From Vicinamibacterales bacterium (GTDB lineage: Bacteria > Acidobacteriota > Vicinamibacteria > Vicinamibacterales > UBA8438), in NCBI GenBank assembly GCA_965207595.1, contig CBDBMW010000012.1:898462-962461 (forward strand): a stretch of 64,000 bases of DNA, read 5' to 3'. Of the stretch, positions 46,592 through 54,569 are shown piece after piece. Positions within the stretch are counted from its first letter, which is position 1. Every line of letters begins with the position of its first letter. The notes below the pieces were generated by a model. That model was not told where the DNA came from. It was given only the letters and a program-made list of their open reading frames with translations, and did no database searches. Made by a program: the position numbers and the translations under genes.

Positions 46592-48016
46592 TCAGTCCGT
46601 CCACCGCGCGCGCAGGGCGGCACGGTCGACCTCGACGCCACGAAGATACACCGCGGCGATCTGCCGCGTGTTCCGGATGTCGTCCAGCGGGTTGGCATCC
46701 AGCACGAGGAGATCGGCGACGCGTCCCGCTTCGATGGCTCCGGTGTCGATGAGCCCGAACGCCTGCGCCGCCCGCGTCGTGGCCGCCACGATGGCCTCGG
46801 CCGGCGTCATGCCCAGCCGCACGAAGAGCTCCAGCTCCAGGTGATCGGCATAGCCGAAGAAGTCGCCCACCGCCCCGGCGTCGGTGCCCAGGATGACGTG
46901 CTCGCGGAGCCGCCGGAAGTTGTCCCGGATGACGCGCGCCCGCGCCTCGTCCGCGGCGGTCCGGGGGGAGGCGCCCCCGGCGGCCGCGGGGTCGCCGGCC
47001 GCGGCGTCCCGCAGCATCGCGACCACCTCCTCCGGGACCTGCTCCTGGAAGAAGGGGTCGTCGTACACCGGCCGCCGGTACGGCTCGCGCCGCGTGACCA
47101 TGCCGATGGTGGGGACGATGTAGGCGTTCCGCGATGCGAGGAGCGCAAGGTACTCGTCGTCGACCGCCGTGTCGTAGGGCATGTGGATGAAGCGGCGGCA
47201 GCCGGCCTCGAGCAGGCGCTTGTGGTCCTCCAATGTGGTCGCATGCGCGATCACCCGGATGTCCCGCACGGCGGCCTCGTCGAGGGCCGCCGCGTAGATG
47301 TCCGGGTGGAGCTTCACCCGCGCCCCCCGCCGCTCGTCGCGCGCGTCGACCCAGATCTTCAGGATGCGGACGCCGCGCTCGGCCTCGGCCCGCACGACGT
47401 CGCGCGCCTCGGCGGGGCTGCTCACCCCGTGCAGCCCCCACCAGCCGGCGTCGTTCGTGAACCGGGGGTTCGGCCCGCCGCCGGGCGTTCCGACGCCGGG
47501 CGAGACCAGGTAGCGCGCGCCCCCGACCTCGCCCACGCGCTGCGCCTGCCGCACCTCGAGGGCGATCTCCTCGCGGTCGCTGCCGGTGGAGATGATGGTG
47601 CCGACGCCGTAGTAGGCGTGGCGGTGCAGGTGGTCGATGAGGTTCTCGCGGGTGAAGTTCCCGGAACCCCAACTGCGGTAGCCCTCCCAGCCGAGGTGCG
47701 CGTGGGTGTTGACCAGCGCGGGCATCACCGTGCGCCCGGCGAGGTCGACGACGCCCGTCCCCGGCGGCGCGGTCACCTCGGCCGCGCTCCCGACCCGCAC
47801 GATGCGCTCGCCGCGGACGAGGACCGCGCCGTCCTCGATGACGCGCCCGTCTCCGACGATCACGCGGCCGCCGGTGAACAACCGCACGTCGGAGGTCGAA
47901 GCGCCGGAGGCCGGCGGCTGGCCGTCCGCACGCCACGGCGCGCCCAGAACGAGCGCGAGCGCCGCCAGCCGGGCGGCGCGCCGCCGAATCCCGCTCCTGC
48001 CGGCCGAGGTTCTCAT
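46592..48016 (-). CDS. amidohydrolase family protein, secreted
   Basis: Track ORF was trimmed to ATG 48016. It has a signal peptide and the metal-binding motif ALVNTHAHLGW. Confidence 0.85.
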   Translation of the reverse strand: MRTSAGRSGIRRRAARLAALALVLGAPWRADGQPPASGASTSDVRLFTGGRVIVGDGRVIEDGAVLVRGERIVRVGSAAEVTAPPGTGVVDLAGRTVMPALVNTHAHLGWEGYRSWGSGNFTRENLIDHLHRHAYYGVGTIISTGSDREEIALEVRQAQRVGEVGGARYLVSPGVGTPGGGPNPRFTNDAGWWGLHGVSSPAEARDVVRAEAERGVRILKIWVDARDERRGARVKLHPDIYAAALDEAAVRDIRVIAHATTLEDHKRLLEAGCRRFIHMPYDTAVDDEYLALLASRNAYIVPTIGMVTRREPYRRPVYDDPFFQEQVPEEVVAMLRDAAAGDPAAAGGASPRTAADEARARVIRDNFRRLREHVILGTDAGAVGDFFGYADHLELELFVRLGMTPAEAIVAATTRAAQAFGLIDTGAIEAGRVADLLVLDANPLDDIRNTRQIAAVYLRGVEVDRAALRARWTD

Positions 48017-48131
48017 CGGCGCGGTCACCACGACGCCAGCCCGCCGTTCGTCGCCTGCGGCTCCGCTCCGCGCCCCGCCCTGGCGACCAGCCGACCCTCC
48101 AGGAGTCCGCACCGTTCCATGGGGCAGACCC

Positions 48132-48695
48132 CTACGTGCGCGACTCCACGCGGAACGTCCACCAGGTGTCCGGGCGCGGCGTGTCGAGCGGAGGCGGGTC
48201 CCCGCTGCCGGGCTGGCGGGCGTGGACGTGGGGCTTCTGGAGCTTCCGGATGCGCGCGGACCAGACGCGATCGAGCGTGGCGGGGTTCATCTCCCGGTTG
48301 AGGAAGACGGGATAGACCACGCCGTCGAGGCGCAGGCGCCCCGCGTGGTCCGTCCGCACCCGCGGGCACCAGTACTTCTGGTCGCCGACGGAGCAGCTGA
48401 TGAAGAGCTCGCCTTCCGGCGTCGCCATGCAGTTGACGTTCACCGAATGGGGCCGCAGCACGATCCCGATCTGGATCTGGCACAGGTCCACGTCGTTGGC
48501 GAAGCCCCAGTCGGCGACCGGCTGCTCGTGAGCGTCGCCGAGCAGGACGAAGCCCGGGGTGGTGTCGCAGGGACAGCGCACCGTCCAGACGGCGACGCCG
48601 GCCACGACGACCACCGCCAGCGCGGCCGCGACACCCAAGACGATCTTGCGGGAGGCCGCCGGCGACGCGCCGCCGGCCCCTGGATTCGCGCTCAT
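48132..48695 (-). CDS. membrane-anchored hypothetical protein, family B (paralog)
   Basis: GGAGGAGG RBS. It has one TM segment (IVLGVAAALAVVVVAGVAVW). Similarity to 46079..46582 was judged by eye. Confidence 0.6.
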   Translation of the reverse strand: MSANPGAGGASPAASRKIVLGVAAALAVVVVAGVAVWTVRCPCDTTPGFVLLGDAHEQPVADWGFANDVDLCQIQIGIVLRPHSVNVNCMATPEGELFISCSVGDQKYWCPRVRTDHAGRLRLDGVVYPVFLNREMNPATLDRVWSARIRKLQKPHVHARQPGSGDPPPLDTPRPDTWWTFRVESRT

Positions 48696-48804
48696 GTCTC
48701 AACCTCCTCCGGTGTTGGCCCAACCTTCCCGCCACCCCGCCGGCGCCCCGGGACGGTGGGGATGGCGCGGCGAGCGTGTGGCGTCACAGCGCCCCACCGG
48801 GACA

Positions 48805-49902
48805 CTACCGGGAATCGGTCCTCGAAGCCCCCTCCGCCGCCTGCCGCTCGAGGTTGCGGTGGATCTCGAGGATGTGGCGGATGTCGTGGTTGCCCTCGTG
48901 GCAGCCGTACTCGTAGAGCGGCCCTTCCGTCCTGACCAGAGGCAGCTCCACGCTCCACTCGCTGGTCCAGGTCGCCGGATCGCGAACCGTGAACTCGTAG
49001 TGAATCCGGTCGGCGGCGATGCGGGTGAAGCGCTCCACGACGTGGAGGCCGGCGCCGGCCCCACGGAATCGTCGCCGCTCGGCGTAATTGCGCGTCTCGA
49101 CCACCAGCGTGTCGCCCTCCCAGCGGCCGCGCGAGTCGCCGGGGAACTGCCGAATCGCGTCCGGGAGGCGCGGGCGTCCGTCGAGCGGGATGATGCGCGG
49201 GGGATTGGCGGCCAGCTCCGAGAACACCACGACGTGGTCGGCGGTCTGGAAGATCTGATGGATGTCGTTGTAGGACGGCGGCATCATGGGCGGCCCCTCG
49301 TGCCCCCAGGCGAGGCAGCGCTCGGTGAGGGGCCGCGTCAGGTGGCTGTCGAACGCGCTCGGGAGCGCGCGCGCCGCGGCCTCGGCGGCGGCGCGCGCGG
49401 CGGCCGTGTCCGTGAGCGGCGGCATCCGACCGTTGCGCGGGAACGTGATCAGCGAGGTCCGGCGGCTCGACAGCCCCTTCGGCACCCGCGTGCGCAGCCA
49501 GATCTCGTTGTCGTAGTGGATGTGGTGGCGCTCCTCGCGCGTGCGGTTGCCCTGGAACTTGTAGCGCTCGAGCTCCTCCCGGTCGTCGATGTCGACGAGG
49601 GTGAGGATCTCGCGCGCGGACGGATCGACGCCTTCGGCCGTGAGCGTGTCCTGCAGGAAGGCCCACTCTTCCTCGGTGAAGAACTCCCGGTCGGCCAGGT
49701 GATCGGGCCGCTCGAGCGGCGTGAAGGTCTGCGTGGTCCAGTACCCCTGCAAGTCCGGCCGCCCGTCCGCCATGCGAGGCAGCGTCCACTCGGCGGTCCC
49801 GTCCGCTCGGTCGCGCACCGGATCCTGCGCCGCCCCGGGGACCGGGGTCCCGAATCCGATCGCAACGACGGCGACCACCGCGACGAGAGTGGCGTGGCGC
49901 AT
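48805..49902 (-). CDS. secreted hypothetical protein, family A (paralog of 27829..28788)
   Basis: GGGGAGGA RBS and a signal peptide are present. The shared C-terminal block is ..DPATWTSEWSVELPLVRTEGPLYEYGCHEGNHD. Confidence 0.7.
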   Translation of the reverse strand: MRHATLVAVVAVVAIGFGTPVPGAAQDPVRDRADGTAEWTLPRMADGRPDLQGYWTTQTFTPLERPDHLADREFFTEEEWAFLQDTLTAEGVDPSAREILTLVDIDDREELERYKFQGNRTREERHHIHYDNEIWLRTRVPKGLSSRRTSLITFPRNGRMPPLTDTAAARAAAEAAARALPSAFDSHLTRPLTERCLAWGHEGPPMMPPSYNDIHQIFQTADHVVVFSELAANPPRIIPLDGRPRLPDAIRQFPGDSRGRWEGDTLVVETRNYAERRRFRGAGAGLHVVERFTRIAADRIHYEFTVRDPATWTSEWSVELPLVRTEGPLYEYGCHEGNHDIRHILEIHRNLERQAAEGASRTDSR

Positions 49903-50214
49903 CTCGATTCCTCCCCGCCGTGCCCAAGCGGCCGGACGCGCCCATGATTGCCCAGCACCGGCCCTTTTTCAAGGCACGCCGGTGGCGATGGCCGGACCCG
50001 CCCGGTCAGGGATGCCAGGCTGACCGGGACGCGGCCAGGAACCGCCCGCGGCGAGCCCGCGTCCCGCCGGAAGCGCGGGCCCTCGCCCGGTGGGTCCACG
50101 AAAACTACACGGCAGGCCGCCGGCGGATCACGCAAACGACACGCCGACCGTATAGGATCGTTGCGGTGGGCGGTGCGATTGGCGCCGGCCCACGGTGCTT
50201 TCCGTCCTTTGCGT

Positions 50215-50421
50215 ATGAAGCCGTTGCCCTCGGTCGCCCTGACACAACGGTTCCTGGCCTTGTGCCAGGAGCACGGTTCGAAGCAACTGGCGCTCAGCAT
50301 GGTCGCCGCCGGCCGGAGCACCGGCGTGTCGGAGCTGCCGCAGACCGACGACTGGACGGCGTGGGACGCCGACGACATGCGTGCGGTGGTCGACTACCTC
50401 GAGGCGCTGCGCCGGCGCTGA
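50215..50421 (+). CDS. small hypothetical protein
   Basis: The 68-aa product (MKPLPSVALTQRFLALCQEHGSKQLALSMV..DADDMRAVVDYLEALRRR) is the protein-like tail of track ORF 49948..50421. Confidence 0.35.
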   Translation: MKPLPSVALTQRFLALCQEHGSKQLALSMVAAGRSTGVSELPQTDDWTAWDADDMRAVVDYLEALRRR

Positions 50422-50550
50422 GCCCGCTCAACGGGTCCGGCCACCACCCCGCCCAGCGAGGCCGCCGAGCGACCGAAGCCCACTCCGGACGCCCTCAACC
50501 CGGGGCCAGGTGCCGCAGGCGAGGGATGGGGATTCGAGCCCGTAGCGGCG

Positions 50551-50670
50551 CGAGCCGCGGAGCGACCGAAGCCCACTCCGGACGCCACCGCGAGCCGCGG
50601 AGCGACCGAAGCCCACTCCGGACGCCACCGCGAGCCGCGGAGCGACCGAAGCCCACTCCGGACGCCACCG
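50551..50670. repeat. three perfect 40-bp tandem repeats
   Basis: The unit CGAGCCGCGGAGCGACCGAAGCCCACTCCGGACGCCACCG occurs at 50551, 50591 and 50631. A diverged copy lies at ~50455-50493. Confidence 0.95.
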
Positions 50671-50685
50671 CGAGCCAAGGCTCGC

Positions 50686-50701
50686 GGTGGCGGAGAGAGT
50701 G
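50686..50701. repeat. distal att-like direct repeat (copy of the tRNA-Ser 3' end)
   Basis: GGTGGCGGAGAGAGTG is identical to 62496-62511. Confidence 0.75.
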
Positions 50702-50839
50702 TCCACGCACTTTCGCTTTCCGAGGATGTCCGCCGACGTCCGACATCGACTCACGTAAATTCCTTAGAAAAAATGAGTTGTGCGTCCTGTCGTTCCGACA
50801 GTGTCCGACGTGTTTCACCTGCATCCCAAATGTAATTGG

Positions 50840-50848
50840 TGGTATAAT
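50840..50848 (+). promoter_or_regulatory. extended -10 element TGGTATAAT upstream of the integrase
   Basis: This is a TGnTATAAT match 39 nt upstream of GTG 50887. The region also carries repeated (G/T)TCCGAC motifs at 50738, 50794 and 50803. Confidence 0.35.
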
Positions 50849-50886
50849 CGGGGGGAGGTTGAAGCCGGAAGAGACGGCGAAAGTCA

Positions 50887-52098
50887 GTGGCCCCGTACCC
50901 GAAGAAGCCCCGCACCACCAAGCGACGCGGCCGGCACCCCGACCGAGCCCTCAGCGCGGTCTTCTGCCGTAACGTCGCCGAAGCCGGCCGGTACTGCGAC
51001 GGCAATGGCCTGTATCTCGAGGTCGACCCGACCGGCGCTCGCCGCTGGGTCCAACGTCTCGTCATCCGCGGAAAGCCCCGCACGCTCGGGCTCGGCGGGT
51101 TCGCTCTCGTCACGCTCGCCGAGGCACGCGAGGCGGCACTCGCCAACCGCAGGCTCGCACGGTCCGGCGGCGACCCGCTCGCCGCGCGCTGTCGCGCACG
51201 GGACATGCCGACCTTCGAGGAGGCCGCGGCCGCAGTCCTCGAACAGAAGCGGGCAGGCTGGCGGAACGAGAAGCACGGGAAGGACTGGCCCACGAGCCTG
51301 CGGCTCTACGTCTTCCCGCAGATCGGCGACAAGCCGGTCTCCGAGATCACCTCGGCCGACCTGCTGCAGGTGCTCGCGCCCATCTGGCACGCGAAGCCGG
51401 AGACGGCACGCCGCGTTCGTCAGCGGATCGGCGCCGTCATGAAGTGGGCCGTTGCCATGGAACACCGCGCTGACAACCCGGCCGGCGACGCGCTCGGCGA
51501 GGCGCTCGGCCGCCAGCAGGACGTCGTGCGGCACATGCCGGCGCTCCCGCACCCCGAGGTCGGTGCAGCGGTCGAGGCGGTGCGGGCCTCCGGGGCGTGG
51601 GTCGGAACGAAGCTCGCGTTCGAGTACCTCGTGCTGACGGCGGCCCGTTCCGCGGAGGTACGCCTCGCGACCTGGGACGAGATCGACGTCGCGACCGCCG
51701 TCTGGACCGTCCCTGGCTCCCGCATGAAGGTCAAGCGCCCGCACCGCGTGCCGCTGTCCGAGCGGGCGCTGGAGGTCGTCGACCAGGCGCGGGCGCTTCG
51801 TGGCGACGCGGCCACCCCAGGGAGCGCACTCGTATTCCCGAGCCGGCGACAGAAGCCCCTCTCGAACATGACGCTGTCGAAGCTGGTTCGGGAGCAAGGC
51901 ATCAACGCCGTGCCGCACGGTTTTCGGTCGTCGTTCCGCGACTGGGCCTCCGAGCGGACGAACCACCCGCGCGAAGTGGTCGAGGCGGCGCTCGCGCACG
52001 TCGTTGGGAACAAGGTGGAGGCAGCCTACGCGAGGTCGGACCTGTTTGACCGCCGCCGTCGACTCATGGACGAATGGGCGGATTATCTCGCCACCTGA
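50887..52098 (+). CDS. int: tyrosine recombinase, P4-type integrase (DUF4102 arm domain + catalytic domain)
   Basis: The N-terminus reads GRYCDGNGLYLEVDPTGARRWVQRLVIRGKPRTLGLGGF..LAEAREAA. The C-terminus carries ..LVLTAARSAEVRLATW.., HGFRSSFRDWA and ..AYARSDL. Confidence 0.9.
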   Translation: MAPYPKKPRTTKRRGRHPDRALSAVFCRNVAEAGRYCDGNGLYLEVDPTGARRWVQRLVIRGKPRTLGLGGFALVTLAEAREAALANRRLARSGGDPLAARCRARDMPTFEEAAAAVLEQKRAGWRNEKHGKDWPTSLRLYVFPQIGDKPVSEITSADLLQVLAPIWHAKPETARRVRQRIGAVMKWAVAMEHRADNPAGDALGEALGRQQDVVRHMPALPHPEVGAAVEAVRASGAWVGTKLAFEYLVLTAARSAEVRLATWDEIDVATAVWTVPGSRMKVKRPHRVPLSERALEVVDQARALRGDAATPGSALVFPSRRQKPLSNMTLSKLVREQGINAVPHGFRSSFRDWASERTNHPREVVEAALAHVVGNKVEAAYARSDLFDRRRRLMDEWADYLAT

Positions 52099-52342
52099 GC
52101 GAGTCATCACGCGGCGGCCCGTGACGGGTGGACCACGCCGTGGTCTTCGTGTCCCCCCTGCTTTAACGCGTGACCTGGTCCTATCTGTCCACATCTGTCC
52201 CAAAATGCCGATTTAGCAGCGCAATAATAGGGAATCACCCGCTTTCTGCGTCCACGCCGATCCGTGCCGGTCCGCCCGAATCCGAGACTCTATTGTGGTT
52301 GTGCCGTGGGTGTACAGTTCGGTCCAGAGGAGGCCGGGTCCA

Positions 52343-52490
52343 TGGAGACTGACAGCCAAGCGGGCCGAGACACTGCGGAAGCCGGGCCGGTATCGGGCGG
52401 GCGACACGGTGTACCTGGTCGTGGCCAGGGGTGGGCAGGCTCAAGTACCAGACGATTGGGGCGTTCCCTTGCGAAGCGGGACCCTCCTAG
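52343..52490 (+). pseudogene. remnant of a second P4-type integrase N-terminus
   Basis: WRLTAKRAETLRKPGRYRAGDTVYLVVARGGQA is followed, in the +1 frame, by LKYQTIGAFPCEAG. This resembles a DUF4102 arm domain, but it is frameshifted and truncated. Confidence 0.45.
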
Positions 52491-52843
52491 TCCCGGAGAC
52501 GGAGAGTGGTCGCCCCCGTCTGTTTCAGCTCGGTGAGCTTGTCGAGCCACGGGATGACAACGAACAGCACTAAGGAAAGGTACGCTGCGAGTACCAGCGT
52601 AACGTGTATGCGGGCATTATAGGCCTCGCCGTAGCTCTCGGCGATGCGGCCATACAAGATGACGTGGGCGATCTCGGCGCCGATGAGTAGGGTCGCCCAT
52701 TGCGTTCGCCGCCTAGGGGGCAACTCACCTTTCTTAGGCGCGAGAAGCCACGAGACTCCTGTGACGGTTATCGCCAGCACCAAGTACACTTGTGTGGGTG
52801 CGAACGGATCGCAAGCGCGGTCAAGCATACCTGTGATGGTCAT
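52487..52843 (-). CDS. small multi-TM membrane protein
   Basis: The 118-aa product has about three hydrophobic segments. Its start overlaps the upstream gene's end by 23 nt. Confidence 0.55.
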   Translation of the reverse strand: MTITGMLDRACDPFAPTQVYLVLAITVTGVSWLLAPKKGELPPRRRTQWATLLIGAEIAHVILYGRIAESYGEAYNARIHVTLVLAAYLSLVLFVVIPWLDKLTELKQTGATTLRLRD

Positions 52844-53372
52844 CGTAGTACCGGCGGAAGATCAGCCAGCGGCTGGCCAGCGGTGGCCATATTGCGCTGG
52901 CGTCTACCCACTCGCCGTCACGGTCGACGCTATCGTGCTCGTGACGAGAGATGTACCCCTTCTGCCCGTCAATGATCTTGTAGTGGACGCGCTTCGGATT
53001 TCGAAGCCTCAGCCGGATGGACACTTGGTCATGGTTCAGGAACGTCTTCTTGAACAAGGTCTCGTCGTCGTCGTTGAAAACACAGTCCAGCTTCAACTGC
53101 GGCGTCGTGCGGAGTTTCTCCTTGATCCTCTCGATGACGTCGGTTTGGTTGTAGATGGAGTGGGGGTTATCGTTTCCGTCGTCGTACACCAGCATTCGCC
53201 GCTCTGCCTCACCCAGCAAGAGGAGGAACTTCTTCTTGGCGATGTTGTCATCGTTCTTGATTACCTGGACGTCCACTAGAGAAGCCAACTTCAGCGCAAC
53301 GCTGACGATCCCCATGGCCAGGACGACGGTACTGAAGGTGGCAACAACGGTCCAGTCTACTCCCTCCAGCAT
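52821..53372 (-). CDS. membrane-anchored protein with a weak HKD/PLD-like motif
   Basis: Track ORF was trimmed to ATG 53372 (MLEGVDWTVVATFSTVVLAMGIVSVAL). A soluble domain ends in VHYKIIDGQKGYISRHEH (HxKxxD, two residues shorter than the canonical HxKxxxxD). Confidence 0.5.
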   Translation of the reverse strand: MLEGVDWTVVATFSTVVLAMGIVSVALKLASLVDVQVIKNDDNIAKKKFLLLLGEAERRMLVYDDGNDNPHSIYNQTDVIERIKEKLRTTPQLKLDCVFNDDDETLFKKTFLNHDQVSIRLRLRNPKRVHYKIIDGQKGYISRHEHDSVDRDGEWVDASAIWPPLASRWLIFRRYYDDHHRYA

Positions 53373-53584
53373 GATGCTACCCTTTTGTGGTGGACGAACA
53401 TTGCCGGCCGAGGATCTATAGTCGTGCCTGCAGCTGAGCACTTCGGTACGCCTATGTGCTCCTTGACGGTCGCGCTTGCCGCTGCTATGGTAGAGGCAAG
53501 CAAGTCAAAGTAAAAGCAAAGTAGTCCTGTGACGATTGTCACGAGGCCGATACGAACTGGAGGTCCGAGCGCCTGCTCTCTCAT
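53357..53584 (-). CDS. small single-TM protein
   Basis: ATG 53584 has GGAGG upstream. The product reads MREQALGPPVRIGLVTIVTGLLCFYFDLLASTIAAA.. It overlaps the next gene by 16 nt. Confidence 0.4.
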   Translation of the reverse strand: MREQALGPPVRIGLVTIVTGLLCFYFDLLASTIAAASATVKEHIGVPKCSAAGTTIDPRPAMFVHHKRVASCWRE

Positions 53585-53752
53585 GGTGAGCCTCCTCGCG
53601 TGTCCCACATTCGCCGCGTCTTCGCCTTCCGATGGCCGACGAAGCCCCTCCCCACCACCCATGGTGGAATCGGAACGATACTATATGATAGCAGTGAATA
53701 GCTAGCGATCGCCGTAAGTGACTCCTGCCAAGGGCTTTGTGGAGCCCCGGGT

Positions 53753-54569
53753 TCAGGCCGTCAAGCTCCGTTGGGCGATCACGCGCCGGCCGACGCGGAG
53801 GCTCGCCCGAGCCCTCGGTAAGCCGGTACGTCGTCCCGGCTTCGCCAATGCCGGGGCGTCCTCGTTGATGAGATCGACAACCCGGTTCCAGAGTCGGTCC
53901 AGCGGATCATACCCACGCTTAATCCGCGTGTCATCGAGGTTGCACTTGAACTCGCCGCCGGTCGTGATCAAGATCACCTCCACGTCGGCGTCCTCGGCGA
54001 TGGCACGGACCGCGTCGCTGGCGAAGGTCGCCACCACACCTTGAAGATCCACTGAACTCCCGAACAAGTTGGTCACGGACTCGGCCCCCGCGACGTCGAC
54101 CGTCAGCGGCTGGACCGTGAAGCGGCCCTCGCTGTCGCCGCGAGGGCGGATGACCACGTGCTCGACGCCGGTGTCGGCGAGACGCGCTGCCGTGACCATG
54201 CTGCCGTCGGCGTCCGGCTGGATCCACACGGTGAACACGTCGTGGGCCACCATCCCGACGACGTGGTCGTCGGTGGCCTGCGGTGCGGGCTGGTATTTCC
54301 GCCGGGAGTCCGCCGCGAGGCGGGCCACCCGAGCCATCGGTGTCTGCCCGGTGATCCTGAACTTGCGGATCCCGTGCCACTGTCCGAAAGCGCCCTGCTG
54401 CGCCGTCAGCGCCTCGCCGAGCCGGTTCCAGAAGCCGCCGATGTCGGCGGTACAGGAGTGCTCGATCCGACCGATCCGGTCCCGAACACCGATCTCGATC
54501 GCAGCCTCGACCTCTTCCTGGCTGTAGGCTGGTTCCTGGGCGCCGGTTCCAACGCCGAAGACGCCTGCC
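53753..54569 (-). pseudogene. secreted hypothetical protein, body of a gene split by the IS66-family insertion
   Basis: The reading frame stays open from track ORF 53753..54337 up to the IS boundary at 54569 (..FGVGTGAQEPAYSQEEVEAAIEIGVRDRIGRIEHS..). Confidence 0.7.
54562..54569. repeat. 8-bp target-site duplication CGCCTGCC (left)
   Basis: It is identical to 56220-56227 and directly abuts the IS terminal inverted repeat. Confidence 0.85.

Noticed and set aside
50455-50670. Possible CRISPR array
   Set aside because: The 40-bp units are contiguous with no unique spacers, and no cas genes are present.
50394-50824. Three overlapping minus-strand ORFs with repeated peptides (..RWRPEWASVAPRLAVASGVGFGRSAA..)
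   Set aside because: They are translations of the 40-bp tandem DNA repeat in different frames. There is no independent coding evidence.
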